DNA of 64,000 nt from NCBI GenBank assembly GCA_965224085.1, contig CBDCYI010000011.1, positions 1,024,001 through 1,088,000 on the forward strand, written 5' to 3'. Below are positions 9,917 through 20,609 of this stretch, piece after piece. Numbering within the stretch: the first letter of the stretch is position 1; every line of letters begins with the position of its first letter. The notes under the pieces were generated by a model, which saw only the letters and a list, made by a program, of their open reading frames with translations, made no database searches and was not told the DNA's origin. A program made the position numbers and the translations under genes. Source of the DNA: Candidatus Marinacidobacterales bacterium (GTDB lineage Bacteria > Acidobacteriota > Vicinamibacteria > Marinacidobacterales > SMYC01).

Positions 9917-11620
9917 ATGAAGAGATCTGCTTTAGCTGTGGTGGTGTCCCTCGTCATCGCGGGCGCGACCATTGGTGGTCTGTTCGGAAGCCGGGCACAG
10001 GCAAAATCGGATCGTTATTCTGAGTTCCTGCGGCGTTACACGCAAGTGCTGCGCCTGGTGGAAGAGGAATACGTTACTGAGGTCGACCCAAAAGACTTGG
10101 TCCACGCGTCGATCCGCGGCATGCTTCGCACGCTCGATCCGCACTCGAATTTTCTCCCGAAACAGGAATATAACCAGCTTCAAGAGCGCCAACACGGCAG
10201 CTATCACGGGCTCGGGATCTCGGTTCAGATGCGCGAGGGTAACCTGACGGTCATCTCGCCTTTCGAGGGAACCCCCGCCTACCGGCTCGGCATCCGCTCC
10301 GGCGACATCATCTCCAAAATCGAAGGTGAGCTCACCCATGGCGTCGAGCTCGACTCGGCTGTGAAGAAGCTGCGCGGGCCCAAAGGCAGCGAGGTCACGA
10401 TTTCTATCACCCGCGCCGGGTACGACCAGCCGCTCGATTTCACCATCGTCCGGGACAAGATCGACCTCCGCAGTGTTCCCTATGCTTTCATGCTCGATGA
10501 CGATACGGGTTATCTGCGCATCTCCGATTTTACGGAGACGACCGAAGACGAGCTCCATGAAAATCTCGTCAAGCTTCAGAAGGAAGGCGCGACTGAGTTC
10601 GTACTCGACCTGCGCGACAACCCTGGCGGGTTGCTGGATCAAGCAGTCGCGGTATCCAACAAGTTTCTCGAGAAGGGCTTGCGCATCGTCTACACGCGCG
10701 GGCGCACCGACGGCTCGGATTACGACTATCATGCCGAGCGCGCCAGCTCCCATAGCAAGATGCCTCTCGTCGTACTCGTTTCGAGGGGCAGCGCCTCCGC
10801 GTCCGAAATCGTCTCCGGGGCCATTCAAGATCACGACCGCGGGCTGATCATCGGCGAGACCACATTCGGCAAAGGCCTCGTGCAGTCGATCTATCGTATC
10901 AGCGAAGGCAACGGCCTCGCGCTCACGACGGCGGAATACTTCACACCGAGTGGGAGAAATATCCAGCGCGATTATTCGGGCTCGTTCGATGATTACTATT
11001 ACAGCGCGCGCTCCGACACGCCGGAGTCTCCGAGGGGTGAAGTGAAATACACGGATGCCGGCCGGAAGGTCTATAGCGGCGGCGGGATCAACCCCGACCT
11101 TCAAGTGACCTACCCGCGGCTTCCCAAGCCGATTTTGGCGCTCAATAGCAGGAACGCTTTCTTCAAATATAGCACCCACTTTGCCGCCGAGGACGATCGG
11201 CGGCTTCTGGACGGCGCGGGCATTCAGCCGAAGGAGGTCCGGACGACGCGCCCCAAGGATGTCCGGCTCATAGACCAGCGCTTCCGTGTCGACGATGGAA
11301 TCCTCGAGGACTTCATTGCGTTTCTTGATGAAGAGGATGTGAGCTACTCCAAGGACGAGCTTCTGGAGCACCGCGATCGGCTTGCCATCCGCATCGAGGT
11401 GGCGATCTTCAACGCGATTTGGGGCGCGGAAGCGGCCCAGCGTGTAGCTGTCCGGTACGATCCCCAGGTCCAAGCGGCCGTCAACGCGATGACACAGGCC
11501 GCAGACCTTCTGCTCGATCCCGTTGCTTACGCGAAACGAACCAACGAGGCCGGTTCTGAGCAAGATGGCGCCAGCTCCACCGAGAAAAAGCGCGTTTTGA
11601 ACCACCCCAAGCCTCAATAA
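9917..11620 (+). CDS. ctpA: Carboxyl-terminal processing protease (S41A, PDZ)
   Basis: LDPHS, GLGI PDZ, DLRDNPGG, SASASEIV (catalytic Ser), TFGKG (catalytic Lys). Confidence 0.94.
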   Translation: MKRSALAVVVSLVIAGATIGGLFGSRAQAKSDRYSEFLRRYTQVLRLVEEEYVTEVDPKDLVHASIRGMLRTLDPHSNFLPKQEYNQLQERQHGSYHGLGISVQMREGNLTVISPFEGTPAYRLGIRSGDIISKIEGELTHGVELDSAVKKLRGPKGSEVTISITRAGYDQPLDFTIVRDKIDLRSVPYAFMLDDDTGYLRISDFTETTEDELHENLVKLQKEGATEFVLDLRDNPGGLLDQAVAVSNKFLEKGLRIVYTRGRTDGSDYDYHAERASSHSKMPLVVLVSRGSASASEIVSGAIQDHDRGLIIGETTFGKGLVQSIYRISEGNGLALTTAEYFTPSGRNIQRDYSGSFDDYYYSARSDTPESPRGEVKYTDAGRKVYSGGGINPDLQVTYPRLPKPILALNSRNAFFKYSTHFAAEDDRRLLDGAGIQPKEVRTTRPKDVRLIDQRFRVDDGILEDFIAFLDEEDVSYSKDELLEHRDRLAIRIEVAIFNAIWGAEAAQRVAVRYDPQVQAAVNAMTQAADLLLDPVAYAKRTNEAGSEQDGASSTEKKRVLNHPKPQ

Positions 11621-11754
11621 GACCCTGGGTTCACAGGAGCTCCGTCGCGTCAGGACTACTAGATCCTGGGGTAGGCTTTCTGTTAACATACAACCCGTTG
11701 CGATTCCATCCAGACGCATTTTTTGCCGTGACTGCCTTGATTGGAGGTTCATAT

Positions 11755-13071
11755 ATGGGACCGACACGTTTGGTCGTCCTCAACATTGTGGTATTCGGTT
11801 GTTTTGCTAACCTTCCGCTGCCGCTTGCGGCACAGGACACCTTTCAGGACGAGATAGCGAACCTGAGAAGCCCCAATGTGGGCACGCGGGTGAAAGCCGC
11901 GAAAGCGCTCGGCAAGTCGGGGCGCCTCGAAGGCATTCCTGCGCTGACACAAGCTATGAGGGACCCGGAGCTCAAAGTGCGGCGAGTTACGGTCGAGGCT
12001 CTGCGCGCCTTCACGTCGTCGGAGACGATCGACGGCCTCCTCATCGGGCTTCAGGATGAGGACCGGAGCGTCCGTGGCGAAGCCCTGACCGCCGCGCTCG
12101 AGATTTACGTGGGCGCCGGTAACGCGGGCACAGGAGGCTCGTTGAACTGGATCCTCGGGGATAGGAAACGCACGCCCGAGCTCAAGGACCTCATCCCCAT
12201 CGATCTCCGCGTTGCCCAAGCCGTGGAGCTTCGACTTCAGGACGAAGAACCGAAATTGCGCCGGCAGTCGGCCTATACGCTTGGAGTTTTGGGCCTCGCA
12301 AGGTCGGCGCGGCCTCTCGAGAGCTCGCTCTATGATGGGGACAAGAATATCCGCCTCGAAGCCGTCATGGCGCTCGCGAAAATTGGCACGGATGAAGCGG
12401 CAGAAGCCGTCCGCGGTGTGCTGAACGGCGCGGACAAAACGCTGGCGGGCGCGGTCATCGATGCTCTCGGCAAGATGCAGTACCCGGAAGCGGCGCCAGA
12501 CCTGGTCGCGATTTACGATGCGAACGTCAACAAGCTCGGCGATCGCGCCTTGGCTGCGCTTGCCCATATTGGCGCGCCCGAAGCGCGTGGGGTGTTCTAC
12601 CATCAGATGACGAGCAAGAATCCAGACCAGCGTCGATGGGCTGTCGAGGGGCTCGGCCGCTTAGGCGATTCTCGGATAGCATCGGGTTTGGTAAAGGACT
12701 TCCTGCGGGAGCCCGATGAGACGGTTCAGTTGGCTTATTGTTTCGCACTCGTCGAACTTGGCAGGCTGGAGTTCATCGACCGCGTCGCGCTCGATCTCGG
12801 TAACCGAAAGCGGCATGAGCAGGCTTATGAATACGCGGTCGAGCTCGGCAGTGGTGTTTTGGGCGAGCTCGTTCGCTATCTCGCCGATCCTGTTCCGGCG
12901 GTCAGGATAGAGATGGCGCGAGTACTCATGGAAATAGGAGATCCCGCGGCGATACCTCATCTGGAGCCTCTGCTTGGCGATCCGAACAGCAAAGTAGCGG
13001 ATAGCGCAAACCGCGCCATCGCGCGGCTCAAACGAGGGAGGCTGTCGGCGTCTGCAGCGCCCATTCCTTGA
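11755..13071 (+). CDS. Secreted HEAT/PBS-repeat protein
   Basis: GGAGG RBS; signal peptide; repeated VR..A..ALG units. Confidence 0.85.
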   Translation: MGPTRLVVLNIVVFGCFANLPLPLAAQDTFQDEIANLRSPNVGTRVKAAKALGKSGRLEGIPALTQAMRDPELKVRRVTVEALRAFTSSETIDGLLIGLQDEDRSVRGEALTAALEIYVGAGNAGTGGSLNWILGDRKRTPELKDLIPIDLRVAQAVELRLQDEEPKLRRQSAYTLGVLGLARSARPLESSLYDGDKNIRLEAVMALAKIGTDEAAEAVRGVLNGADKTLAGAVIDALGKMQYPEAAPDLVAIYDANVNKLGDRALAALAHIGAPEARGVFYHQMTSKNPDQRRWAVEGLGRLGDSRIASGLVKDFLREPDETVQLAYCFALVELGRLEFIDRVALDLGNRKRHEQAYEYAVELGSGVLGELVRYLADPVPAVRIEMARVLMEIGDPAAIPHLEPLLGDPNSKVADSANRAIARLKRGRLSASAAPIP

Positions 13072-13129
13072 ATAGGCGAAAACAGCGGAGGCGAGCCCAA
13101 AGGGCCTTTAGAAGAGGAGCCTTCCACCC

Positions 13130-14042
13130 ATGCGCAGGTTGAAACCGTTACTTATGACTCTGTTGCTCGCCGTTGGGCTCTGTGGCCCTGGCTGCGATCG
13201 GGTGAAGGCGCTCAAGGACAGCCTTCTAGGCGAATCGACCGCTGGAAGCGACTGTCAACCCGGCGCTCGCAGAGATCGAGAACCTTTATGCGTCCGGCCA
13301 GTACGACGAGACCCTGCGTAAGATCGACGAGGTCATGTCGACGGACCCGAACCTGACCGAACCGCATTACTACCGCGGCCTGTGCTATTTGGCGCTTGCG
13401 GGAGCCCCGGACGTGAAAGGGCCGCTGTCGTCGGCAGAAGAGAGCAGCCTCGAAGCTTTCCGGCGCGCTCTGTCCTTGAACCCGCGACACGCGCCCTCCA
13501 ATATCGGTATCGGGGACGTCTACGTCCGCCGGATGCCCACGAGGCTTCGTCGCTCGGACACCGACGACCCCGAAGATCCGTTCGTCATGGCTCGTGATGC
13601 TTACGAACAGGCGGTGTCTATCGACCCGAAGCATCCGAAGGCCCAATTACGTTACGGCGAGTTCCTCATGCGGACAGGTGAGCTCGAACGGGCGGAGCAG
13701 GCGCTCAAAGCTGCCGTCGAAGCCGCCGCGACCGTTCCCGAGATAGCGCCCGACTACTACTTGGCCTATGGGCGTTTTCTCGCGGGCCCGGCCGACCGCC
13801 AAGACGAAGCTCTCGACCAATTCGAGCTCGCGCGGATGTTTCGTGCTGACGACCTCAGTATCCAACAGGAAATGGCAATGGTGCACGCTCGAGTTGGTCT
13901 GCGCCACTTGCAGAAGCAGGAATACATGTTGGCGGAGGACGCGCTCACGAAGGCGTGGAACATATTTCCGGATCAGAGTATCCAGGAGGCGCAGGAGACC
14001 TCCGAGGCCCTCGCGCAGCTCCGTACGATCCGCCGCCGCTGA
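13130..14042 (+). pseudogene. TPR lipoprotein, split by a frameshift near 13245 (pseudogene or sequence error)
   Basis: Signal/lipobox-like LLLAVGLCGPGC in 13130..13321; reading TVNPALAEIENLY...EVMS in another frame runs into the TPR ORF 13335..14042. Confidence 0.75.
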
Positions 14043-14158
14043 CTTTGTGTGAGTGTGTGGTGTCGTTCACATCTTCGGTGGTAGAGTGTAGTATGATGCC
14101 GAATTGCTAGCATCGCGTAATGTGGCTGGCTTTTGGCCGGCAGGATCGGAGCCGACAG

Positions 14159-15550
14159 ATGGAAACGAGTACGCGGGCGATTTTGAAGGTGGTGGGGCTA
14201 CTCCTGGGTGTGCTTCTTCTGGCGACTCCCATTGCGGCGGATACGCCGGACCGCGACGAATCGTGGAGCGAGGTCGCTTCCGATGGGAAGTCGGTCGTGT
14301 TCGGCCGCTTCGTCGGGAAATTCGATAGCATCGAATTTCGATCGAGGCGCATCCGGCTTCGGGAAGTGTCCACCGGCAAAGACGAAACCCTCGAAATCGA
14401 CGAGGCGCTCGGCTATATTGCCGAGACCATCAAACCAGGTCTTTACAACGTGCTCGGTTTCGAAGCCGTTTACTACCCTCAAATTCGGCCTTCGAAGCCC
14501 GGGAAGTACCGTCCTCTCCGACAGCGCTTTGGACTCAGTCCGAAGAGCGGGGACGCGCAAACCGCCTTCATCCACATTCCCGAGGATCGTCCGGTCTATA
14601 TCGGCACGATCAAAGCATCCAACGAGCTGGATGGCGTCGTCTATCGCGGGCACCAATTGCGCGTGCTCGATGAATACGATGAAGCCTTCGACCGGCTCGA
14701 GAGTTTCTACCCCGTCCTTACCGCGAGCCTCGACCGCGACGGCATTGTGCCCGCTCGCCATTTCATGCTCAAACCGACGCGTCAGCGCCAGCCGCTCGAG
14801 CGGGTGGTGGGTCTCGATGACCCTATCCGGCAGGCACGAGACTACATTGCCGACGGCAAGTATCGGCAAGCGGTCAGTTGGCTCGAGACCTTCATGCCCG
14901 CATCGGATGGCGAACGAACGGAAGCGAAGCTTCTCGTGGGCGAAGCGATGCTCGGTGACGGCGAATATCCTGAAGCGATTGAAGAGCTTGGTGAAGTGCT
15001 TCTTATCGATCCAGAGCAGACGCGCGCTCTGCGTCTTCTGGCGCGTGCCCATGCGCTCGACGGACACCTCGAAGATGCTCGGGATCTGTACACGGCCCTC
15101 ACGGCGGCCATTCCGGGTGATGCCGAGGCGCATCTGCATCTGGGGTATCTCCACGCGCTGAAGGAGAATGCAGTGGCCGCCGAGGAAGAATTCCAGGCGG
15201 CTTTCCAGACCGATTTCGATTATCTGCTGAACGACTTGGTGCCGTTTTTCGTTGCCTTGAAGGAAACGATGGCCGATGACCTCGGCCGCTACGAGCCGCC
15301 CCGCGTAGTCCGTTACCGGACCCCGCCGCCGAAAGCGATGGACTCGAGGCGCCAGTCCCAATCCGGCGGATTTGCCGTCCTTATTGACCATCAAGGAAAG
15401 GTCATCGCCGCCCAAATTGGAGCTCAATCTTCGGGAACTGTGCCGCTGATGATGCTCTCGCTCGTCAGGGCCACCTTCGAGCCCGCGAGCCTGAACGGGA
15501 TCCCAATCCCTGCTATCGTGTCGCTGGGCTCGCCGATGCGGGTACAGTAG
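14159..15550 (+). CDS. Secreted TPR protein with TonB-C-like C-terminus
   Basis: Signal peptide; central TPRs; C-terminal FEPASLNGIPIP resembling TonB_C. Confidence 0.7.
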   Translation: METSTRAILKVVGLLLGVLLLATPIAADTPDRDESWSEVASDGKSVVFGRFVGKFDSIEFRSRRIRLREVSTGKDETLEIDEALGYIAETIKPGLYNVLGFEAVYYPQIRPSKPGKYRPLRQRFGLSPKSGDAQTAFIHIPEDRPVYIGTIKASNELDGVVYRGHQLRVLDEYDEAFDRLESFYPVLTASLDRDGIVPARHFMLKPTRQRQPLERVVGLDDPIRQARDYIADGKYRQAVSWLETFMPASDGERTEAKLLVGEAMLGDGEYPEAIEELGEVLLIDPEQTRALRLLARAHALDGHLEDARDLYTALTAAIPGDAEAHLHLGYLHALKENAVAAEEEFQAAFQTDFDYLLNDLVPFFVALKETMADDLGRYEPPRVVRYRTPPPKAMDSRRQSQSGGFAVLIDHQGKVIAAQIGAQSSGTVPLMMLSLVRATFEPASLNGIPIPAIVSLGSPMRVQ

Positions 15551-15669
15551 ATCAGCGTTCAGTCGTAAGCATTCAGCAACCAGCACTTGCGCCGTGCCGA
15601 ATCGGTCCGAGCGAAAGTTCAGCACCGTAGGATTCGGAGCGTGAACTTGAACGCCGAATGCTAGACCAC

Positions 15670-15699
15670 TTGACACGGTTCGGGCGCGTTCGCTACTAT
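15670..15699 (+). promoter_or_regulatory. Putative sigma70 promoter of MinD/FlhG-like gene
   Basis: TTGACA-N18-TACTAT. Confidence 0.55.
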
Positions 15700-15968
15700 C
15701 TTAGTACTAACGACTTATTCTTGTGGACCCTTAGATTCTTGTTTGGTAGTCCTGCCGGTATCCTTAGATCGTTCAACTTATTAAAAAGGGGACGTACCGT
15801 GGACTCCGATCCGAAACAGTCTCTCTCCGCTTCAGACCCAACTGGCTCGTGGGGCGCGCGCCCAGAGCTCAAAGCCGCTAGCGCGGTCGCGCCCTGTGCC
15901 GAATCCTCTCCTGCGCCAGTGGTGCATCCGGTCGTTGCGGCGACAGCGCGCAAGAAGTCGCAGCCTAG

Positions 15969-17971
15969 CCCATGTTTCCCTTTTAGGTCTCTAAGTCATC
16001 ATAAACAAAGGACTGAGATCCGCGGTTTGTCTCTACGCTGACAGCACCTCCTCGGAGAAGGCTGGCGGGTCGCGTTCAACGATTCCGAGTGCAGTCAGGA
16101 TCGAGTTGGCGCGAGCGGTGCCGCGCGTGACGACGCGCTTGGTCCGCCCAGAACCCAGCTGTAAGTCGACGAGCCGGACCGAGCGTAGCGCTTGTAGTGC
16201 CTCGGTTGCGGACAGGTCGAGTTCGGCGACCTTGAGCTTTTTCTCAAGAGCCCGATGCACAAGGAAGGCCAGCGTAGCTACGAAAAGATGTGCCTCCACA
16301 CGCTCATCGGTCTGGTGGTAAACGGGACGCATCTCAATGACATCCTTAAGGCATGAGAAGGCTCGCTCGACCTCGTTTAGGTCCTTGTAAAGGCGCACGG
16401 CGTCGACCGGAGAGAGGTTTTGCTCCTCGGTTTGAATAACGTACTTACCCTCGTAGGCTTGCTCGCGCTTGAGGTTGTCCGGGTGCTCGAAGAAGCGGAA
16501 GCGAGCGTTTTTGTACTCCCAGTCGTAGTAACGGTGACCGTGGTGGCGTGCCTGTATGCGCGCGGCGGCGGCACCGATTTTCTCGGGGGCTTTCAATCGT
16601 CCCTCGCGCACGCGGCGCTCGAGGGCCTCGAATGCCGCACGGGCACGTCCCATGGCCCGCAGCCTCTGCCCGCGCTCGTAGGCGAGCCTTTCGTCGCTGT
16701 GAACGACGAAGATGCGCACGCCAGACTGCTCGGAGCGGACTTCTTGCACACGAGTCTTAGGTGGCTCGGCTTTTTCGCTCACCGTGATGCCACCAGGGCA
16801 GTCGATCCACTCTCCGCTGGCGCGCTCGATGTAACGATAGACCTCCTCGCGCCGTCGTCTTTGCAGCCCGACGAGATAGCCCTGCTTGCGCGAGCGCACC
16901 ACCGCCAGGCTGTCGCTCGTTACCATCCCTCGGTCGCCGACAAAAACCACGCGGTGCAAACCGAATCGTTCGTTGAGATCGTTGAGCACCTGCGGCACCG
17001 TTTTCGCGTCACGCCAGTTGCCGGCGAAAACATGGTGGGCGATCGGCCAACCGTCCACCATCACCAGACCGACAAGCACTTGCCGGTTACGCGGTCTGCG
17101 GTCGCGACTGTAGCCGTGGGCGCCGAGCCCCGGAGGGCCTTGACCTTCGAAGTACGTCGACGTCAGGTCGTAAAACACCATGTCAACCTCAAGCGAAAAC
17201 AGATCCCGCAAGCGCAAAAACAGCTCTTTCTCGATCTGTTCTTTGCGGGCATGCAGCTGGTCGAGCGTTCGGTACCATTGCTTGAGTTGGCGAGACTCCA
17301 CGCGAACCCGCGGGGAGCGACTCGCTCGCCGCTCCCCATCATCGCGCCACTGCGGCACCCACCGCCGCCCCTGCCGGTCGCAGACGAAGTCGGTCTCGAG
17401 CCAGCGCGCCAGACCGTGCTCGCTTGACGGAGCACATAGCCGGTTGGCGACCAGCACCAAAGCTCGCTCGCTTAGCGCCACTCCGTCGCGCTTGCCGCGG
17501 CCTCCGAGCCGGTCGAGAATCTGCTCCAGTCCGAGCTCGCGCCACAGCGTCGCCGTCACCACCATCGGACCCCAATCCCACGCGTCTGCCCCCGCGATCT
17601 GCTCGGCTGCTCGCTCGGTGTCGGCCGGTTCACCGGCCCCAAGCAACCGATTGAGGGAGTCGAGATTGGCAACTAGGAGATCCTTGCGCCCCAAGTTGCA
17701 CACTACGCGTTGCTTCGGCTTGCCGTGCTCCCGATACGACTCGACCAGGCGGACATACTCATGTTGAACCCCTTTGCCGCCTGCGGCCCGAACGATGCGG
17801 AAGAACATAACCTGTCCTCACGCATACTACATATCATTGTCCACGATTACAACGTATTAATGGCGCTCAAAGCACAATATCTGTCTCTACGTTTTGGGCA
17901 AAATTCAACCCCCGTTCCTTTGAATTCAGTCACTTACGAGCGTTAGGGTGCCCATAAAGGGTAAACATGGG
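15969..17971 (-). mobile_element. IS1634-family insertion sequence, copy 1 (2003 bp), flanked by CTAG direct repeat
   Basis: Imperfect terminal IRs CCCATGTTTACCCTTT / CCCATGTTTCCCTTTT; CTAG at 15965-15968 and 17972-17975. Confidence 0.93.
16033..17808 (-). CDS. IS1634-family DDE transposase (591 aa)
   Basis: YDLTSTYFEG, GYSRD.RP..QV, FAGN..D, VGDRG, YKDLNEVERAF..LK, RPVYH, RVEAH. Confidence 0.92.
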   Translation of the reverse strand: MFFRIVRAAGGKGVQHEYVRLVESYREHGKPKQRVVCNLGRKDLLVANLDSLNRLLGAGEPADTERAAEQIAGADAWDWGPMVVTATLWRELGLEQILDRLGGRGKRDGVALSERALVLVANRLCAPSSEHGLARWLETDFVCDRQGRRWVPQWRDDGERRASRSPRVRVESRQLKQWYRTLDQLHARKEQIEKELFLRLRDLFSLEVDMVFYDLTSTYFEGQGPPGLGAHGYSRDRRPRNRQVLVGLVMVDGWPIAHHVFAGNWRDAKTVPQVLNDLNERFGLHRVVFVGDRGMVTSDSLAVVRSRKQGYLVGLQRRRREEVYRYIERASGEWIDCPGGITVSEKAEPPKTRVQEVRSEQSGVRIFVVHSDERLAYERGQRLRAMGRARAAFEALERRVREGRLKAPEKIGAAAARIQARHHGHRYYDWEYKNARFRFFEHPDNLKREQAYEGKYVIQTEEQNLSPVDAVRLYKDLNEVERAFSCLKDVIEMRPVYHQTDERVEAHLFVATLAFLVHRALEKKLKVAELDLSATEALQALRSVRLVDLQLGSGRTKRVVTRGTARANSILTALGIVERDPPAFSEEVLSA

Positions 17972-18606
17972 CTAGCAAAGGCCGTATCATTGCGGTTGGC
18001 GGCGGCAAAGGCGGCGTTGGCAAGAGCCTCATTACGAGCAGCGTCGGGATCTCCCTTGCACGGCACGGCAAGAAAGTGGTGGTTATCGATGCCGACCTCG
18101 GCGGAGCGAATCTCCATACTTGCTTGGGCTTGTCCATACCGTCGCTCACGCTGAGCGATTTCATCAGTCGGCGCGTCGAGTCGATTGACGACGTGATTCT
18201 CGAGACTGGCGTCAAGAACCTCGGACTCATCAGCGGCGCACACGACCATCTCGCCGCGTCGAATCTGAAATATCGTCAGAAAACCCGAATATTGCCCTGT
18301 ATCGCTGCCGTGGACGCCGATTTCGTCTTGCTCGACATCGGTGCTGGGATCTCGTTCAACGTCGTCGACTTCTTTCTCATTGCGGAGCAAGGGCTCCTCG
18401 TCGCGATCCCCGAGCCGAGCTCGATCGAGAACGCCTACCGCTTCCTAAAAATGAGTTTTTACCGTCATCTGTGGCGCGCTTTGAAGTCGAGCCCGGTGCG
18501 CAAAGTAGTTGAGCAAGCGATGGACCAAAAGAATCGCGACGGCATCCGCACGCCCATCGATCTTCTCGACGCTGTGGAGCGTCGCGACAGTGCTACCGGA
18601 CGCTAT

Positions 18607-20609
18607 CCCATGTTTACCCTTTATGGGCACCCTAACGCTCGTAAGTGACTGAATTCAAAGGAACGGGGGTTGAATTTTGCCCAAAACGTAGAGACAGATA
18701 TTGTGCTTTGAGCGCCATTAATACGTTGTAATCGTGGACAATGATATGTAGTATGCGTGAGGACAGGTTATGTTCTTCCGCATCGTTCGGGCCGCAGGCG
18801 GCAAAGGGGTTCAACATGAGTATGTCCGCCTGGTCGAGTCGTATCGGGAGCACGGCAAGCCGAAGCAACGCGTAGTGTGCAACTTGGGGCGCAAGGATCT
18901 CCTAGTTGCCAATCTCGACTCCCTCAATCGGTTGCTTGGGGCCGGTGAACCGGCCGACACCGAGCGAGCAGCCGAGCAGATCGCGGGGGCAGACGCGTGG
19001 GATTGGGGTCCGATGGTGGTGACGGCGACGCTGTGGCGCGAGCTCGGACTGGAGCAGATTCTCGACCGGCTCGGAGGCCGCGGCAAGCGCGACGGAGTGG
19101 CGCTAAGCGAGCGAGCTTTGGTGCTGGTCGCCAACCGGCTATGTGCTCCGTCAAGCGAGCACGGTCTGGCGCGCTGGCTCGAGACCGACTTCGTCTGCGA
19201 CCGGCAGGGGCGGCGGTGGGTGCCGCAGTGGCGCGATGATGGGGAGCGGCGAGCGAGTCGCTCCCCGCGGGTTCGCGTGGAGTCTCGCCAACTCAAGCAA
19301 TGGTACCGAACGCTCGACCAGCTGCATGCCCGCAAAGAACAGATCGAGAAAGAGCTGTTTTTGCGCTTGCGGGATCTGTTTTCGCTTGAGGTTGACATGG
19401 TGTTTTACGACCTGACGTCGACGTACTTCGAAGGTCAAGGCCCTCCGGGGCTCGGCGCCCACGGCTACAGTCGCGACCGCAGACCGCGTAACCGGCAAGT
19501 GCTTGTCGGTCTGGTGATGGTGGACGGTTGGCCGATCGCCCACCATGTTTTCGCCGGCAACTGGCGTGACGCGAAAACGGTGCCGCAGGTGCTCAACGAT
19601 CTCAACGAACGATTCGGTTTGCACCGCGTGGTTTTTGTCGGCGACCGAGGGATGGTAACGAGCGACAGCCTGGCGGTGGTGCGCTCGCGCAAGCAGGGCT
19701 ATCTCGTCGGGCTGCAAAGACGACGGCGCGAGGAGGTCTATCGTTACATCGAGCGCGCCAGCGGAGAGTGGATCGACTGCCCTGGTGGCATCACGGTGAG
19801 CGAAAAAGCCGAGCCACCTAAGACTCGTGTGCAAGAAGTCCGCTCCGAGCAGTCTGGCGTGCGCATCTTCGTCGTTCACAGCGACGAAAGGCTCGCCTAC
19901 GAGCGCGGGCAGAGGCTGCGGGCCATGGGACGTGCCCGTGCGGCATTCGAGGCCCTCGAGCGCCGCGTGCGCGAGGGACGATTGAAAGCCCCCGAGAAAA
20001 TCGGTGCCGCCGCCGCGCGCATACAGGCACGCCACCACGGTCACCGTTACTACGACTGGGAGTACAAAAACGCTCGCTTCCGCTTCTTCGAGCACCCGGA
20101 CAACCTCAAGCGCGAGCAAGCCTACGAGGGTAAGTACGTTATTCAAACCGAGGAGCAAAACCTCTCTCCGGTCGACGCCGTGCGCCTTTACAAGGACCTA
20201 AACGAGGTCGAGCGAGCCTTCTCATGCCTTAAGGATGTCATTGAGATGCATCCCGTTTACCACCAGACCGATGAGCGTGTGGAGGCACATCTTTTCGTAG
20301 CTACGCTGGCCTTCCTTGTGCATCGGGCTCTTGAGAAAAAGCTCAAGGTCGCCGAACTCGACCTGTCCGTAACCGAGGCACTACAAGCGCTACGCTCGGT
20401 CCGGCTCGTCGACTTACAGCTGGGTTCTGGGCGGACCAAGCGCGTCGTCACGCGCGGCACCGCTCGCGCCAACTCGATCCTGACTGCACTCGGAATCGTT
20501 GAACGCGACCCGCCAGCCTTCTCCGAGGAGGTGCTGTCAGCGTAGAGACAAACCGCGGATCTCAGTCCTTTGTTTATGATGACTTAGAGACCTAAAAGGG
20601 AAACATGGG
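18607..20609 (+). mobile_element. IS1634-family insertion sequence, copy 2 (2003 bp), inverted relative to copy 1; flanks CTAT / CTAG
   Basis: Same IRs and length as copy 1; CTAT at 18603-18606, CTAG at 20610-20613. Confidence 0.93.
18770..20545 (+). CDS. IS1634-family DDE transposase (591 aa), two amino-acid differences from copy 1
   Basis: Identical apart from EMRPV>EMHPV and LSATE>LSVTE. Confidence 0.92.
   Translation: MFFRIVRAAGGKGVQHEYVRLVESYREHGKPKQRVVCNLGRKDLLVANLDSLNRLLGAGEPADTERAAEQIAGADAWDWGPMVVTATLWRELGLEQILDRLGGRGKRDGVALSERALVLVANRLCAPSSEHGLARWLETDFVCDRQGRRWVPQWRDDGERRASRSPRVRVESRQLKQWYRTLDQLHARKEQIEKELFLRLRDLFSLEVDMVFYDLTSTYFEGQGPPGLGAHGYSRDRRPRNRQVLVGLVMVDGWPIAHHVFAGNWRDAKTVPQVLNDLNERFGLHRVVFVGDRGMVTSDSLAVVRSRKQGYLVGLQRRRREEVYRYIERASGEWIDCPGGITVSEKAEPPKTRVQEVRSEQSGVRIFVVHSDERLAYERGQRLRAMGRARAAFEALERRVREGRLKAPEKIGAAAARIQARHHGHRYYDWEYKNARFRFFEHPDNLKREQAYEGKYVIQTEEQNLSPVDAVRLYKDLNEVERAFSCLKDVIEMHPVYHQTDERVEAHLFVATLAFLVHRALEKKLKVAELDLSVTEALQALRSVRLVDLQLGSGRTKRVVTRGTARANSILTALGIVERDPPAFSEEVLSA

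Noticed and set aside
9932-11767. Long antisense ORFs (611 aa here; also 14198-15676, 45214-46701, 47659-49149)
   Set aside because: Shadows of well-supported genes on the other strand in high-GC DNA; no recognisable motifs
15969-20609. Composite transposon carrying an ATPase fragment, with outer CTAG repeats
   Set aside because: The enclosed fragment is in register with both outer flanks, so it is resident DNA hit by two insertions rather than imported cargo
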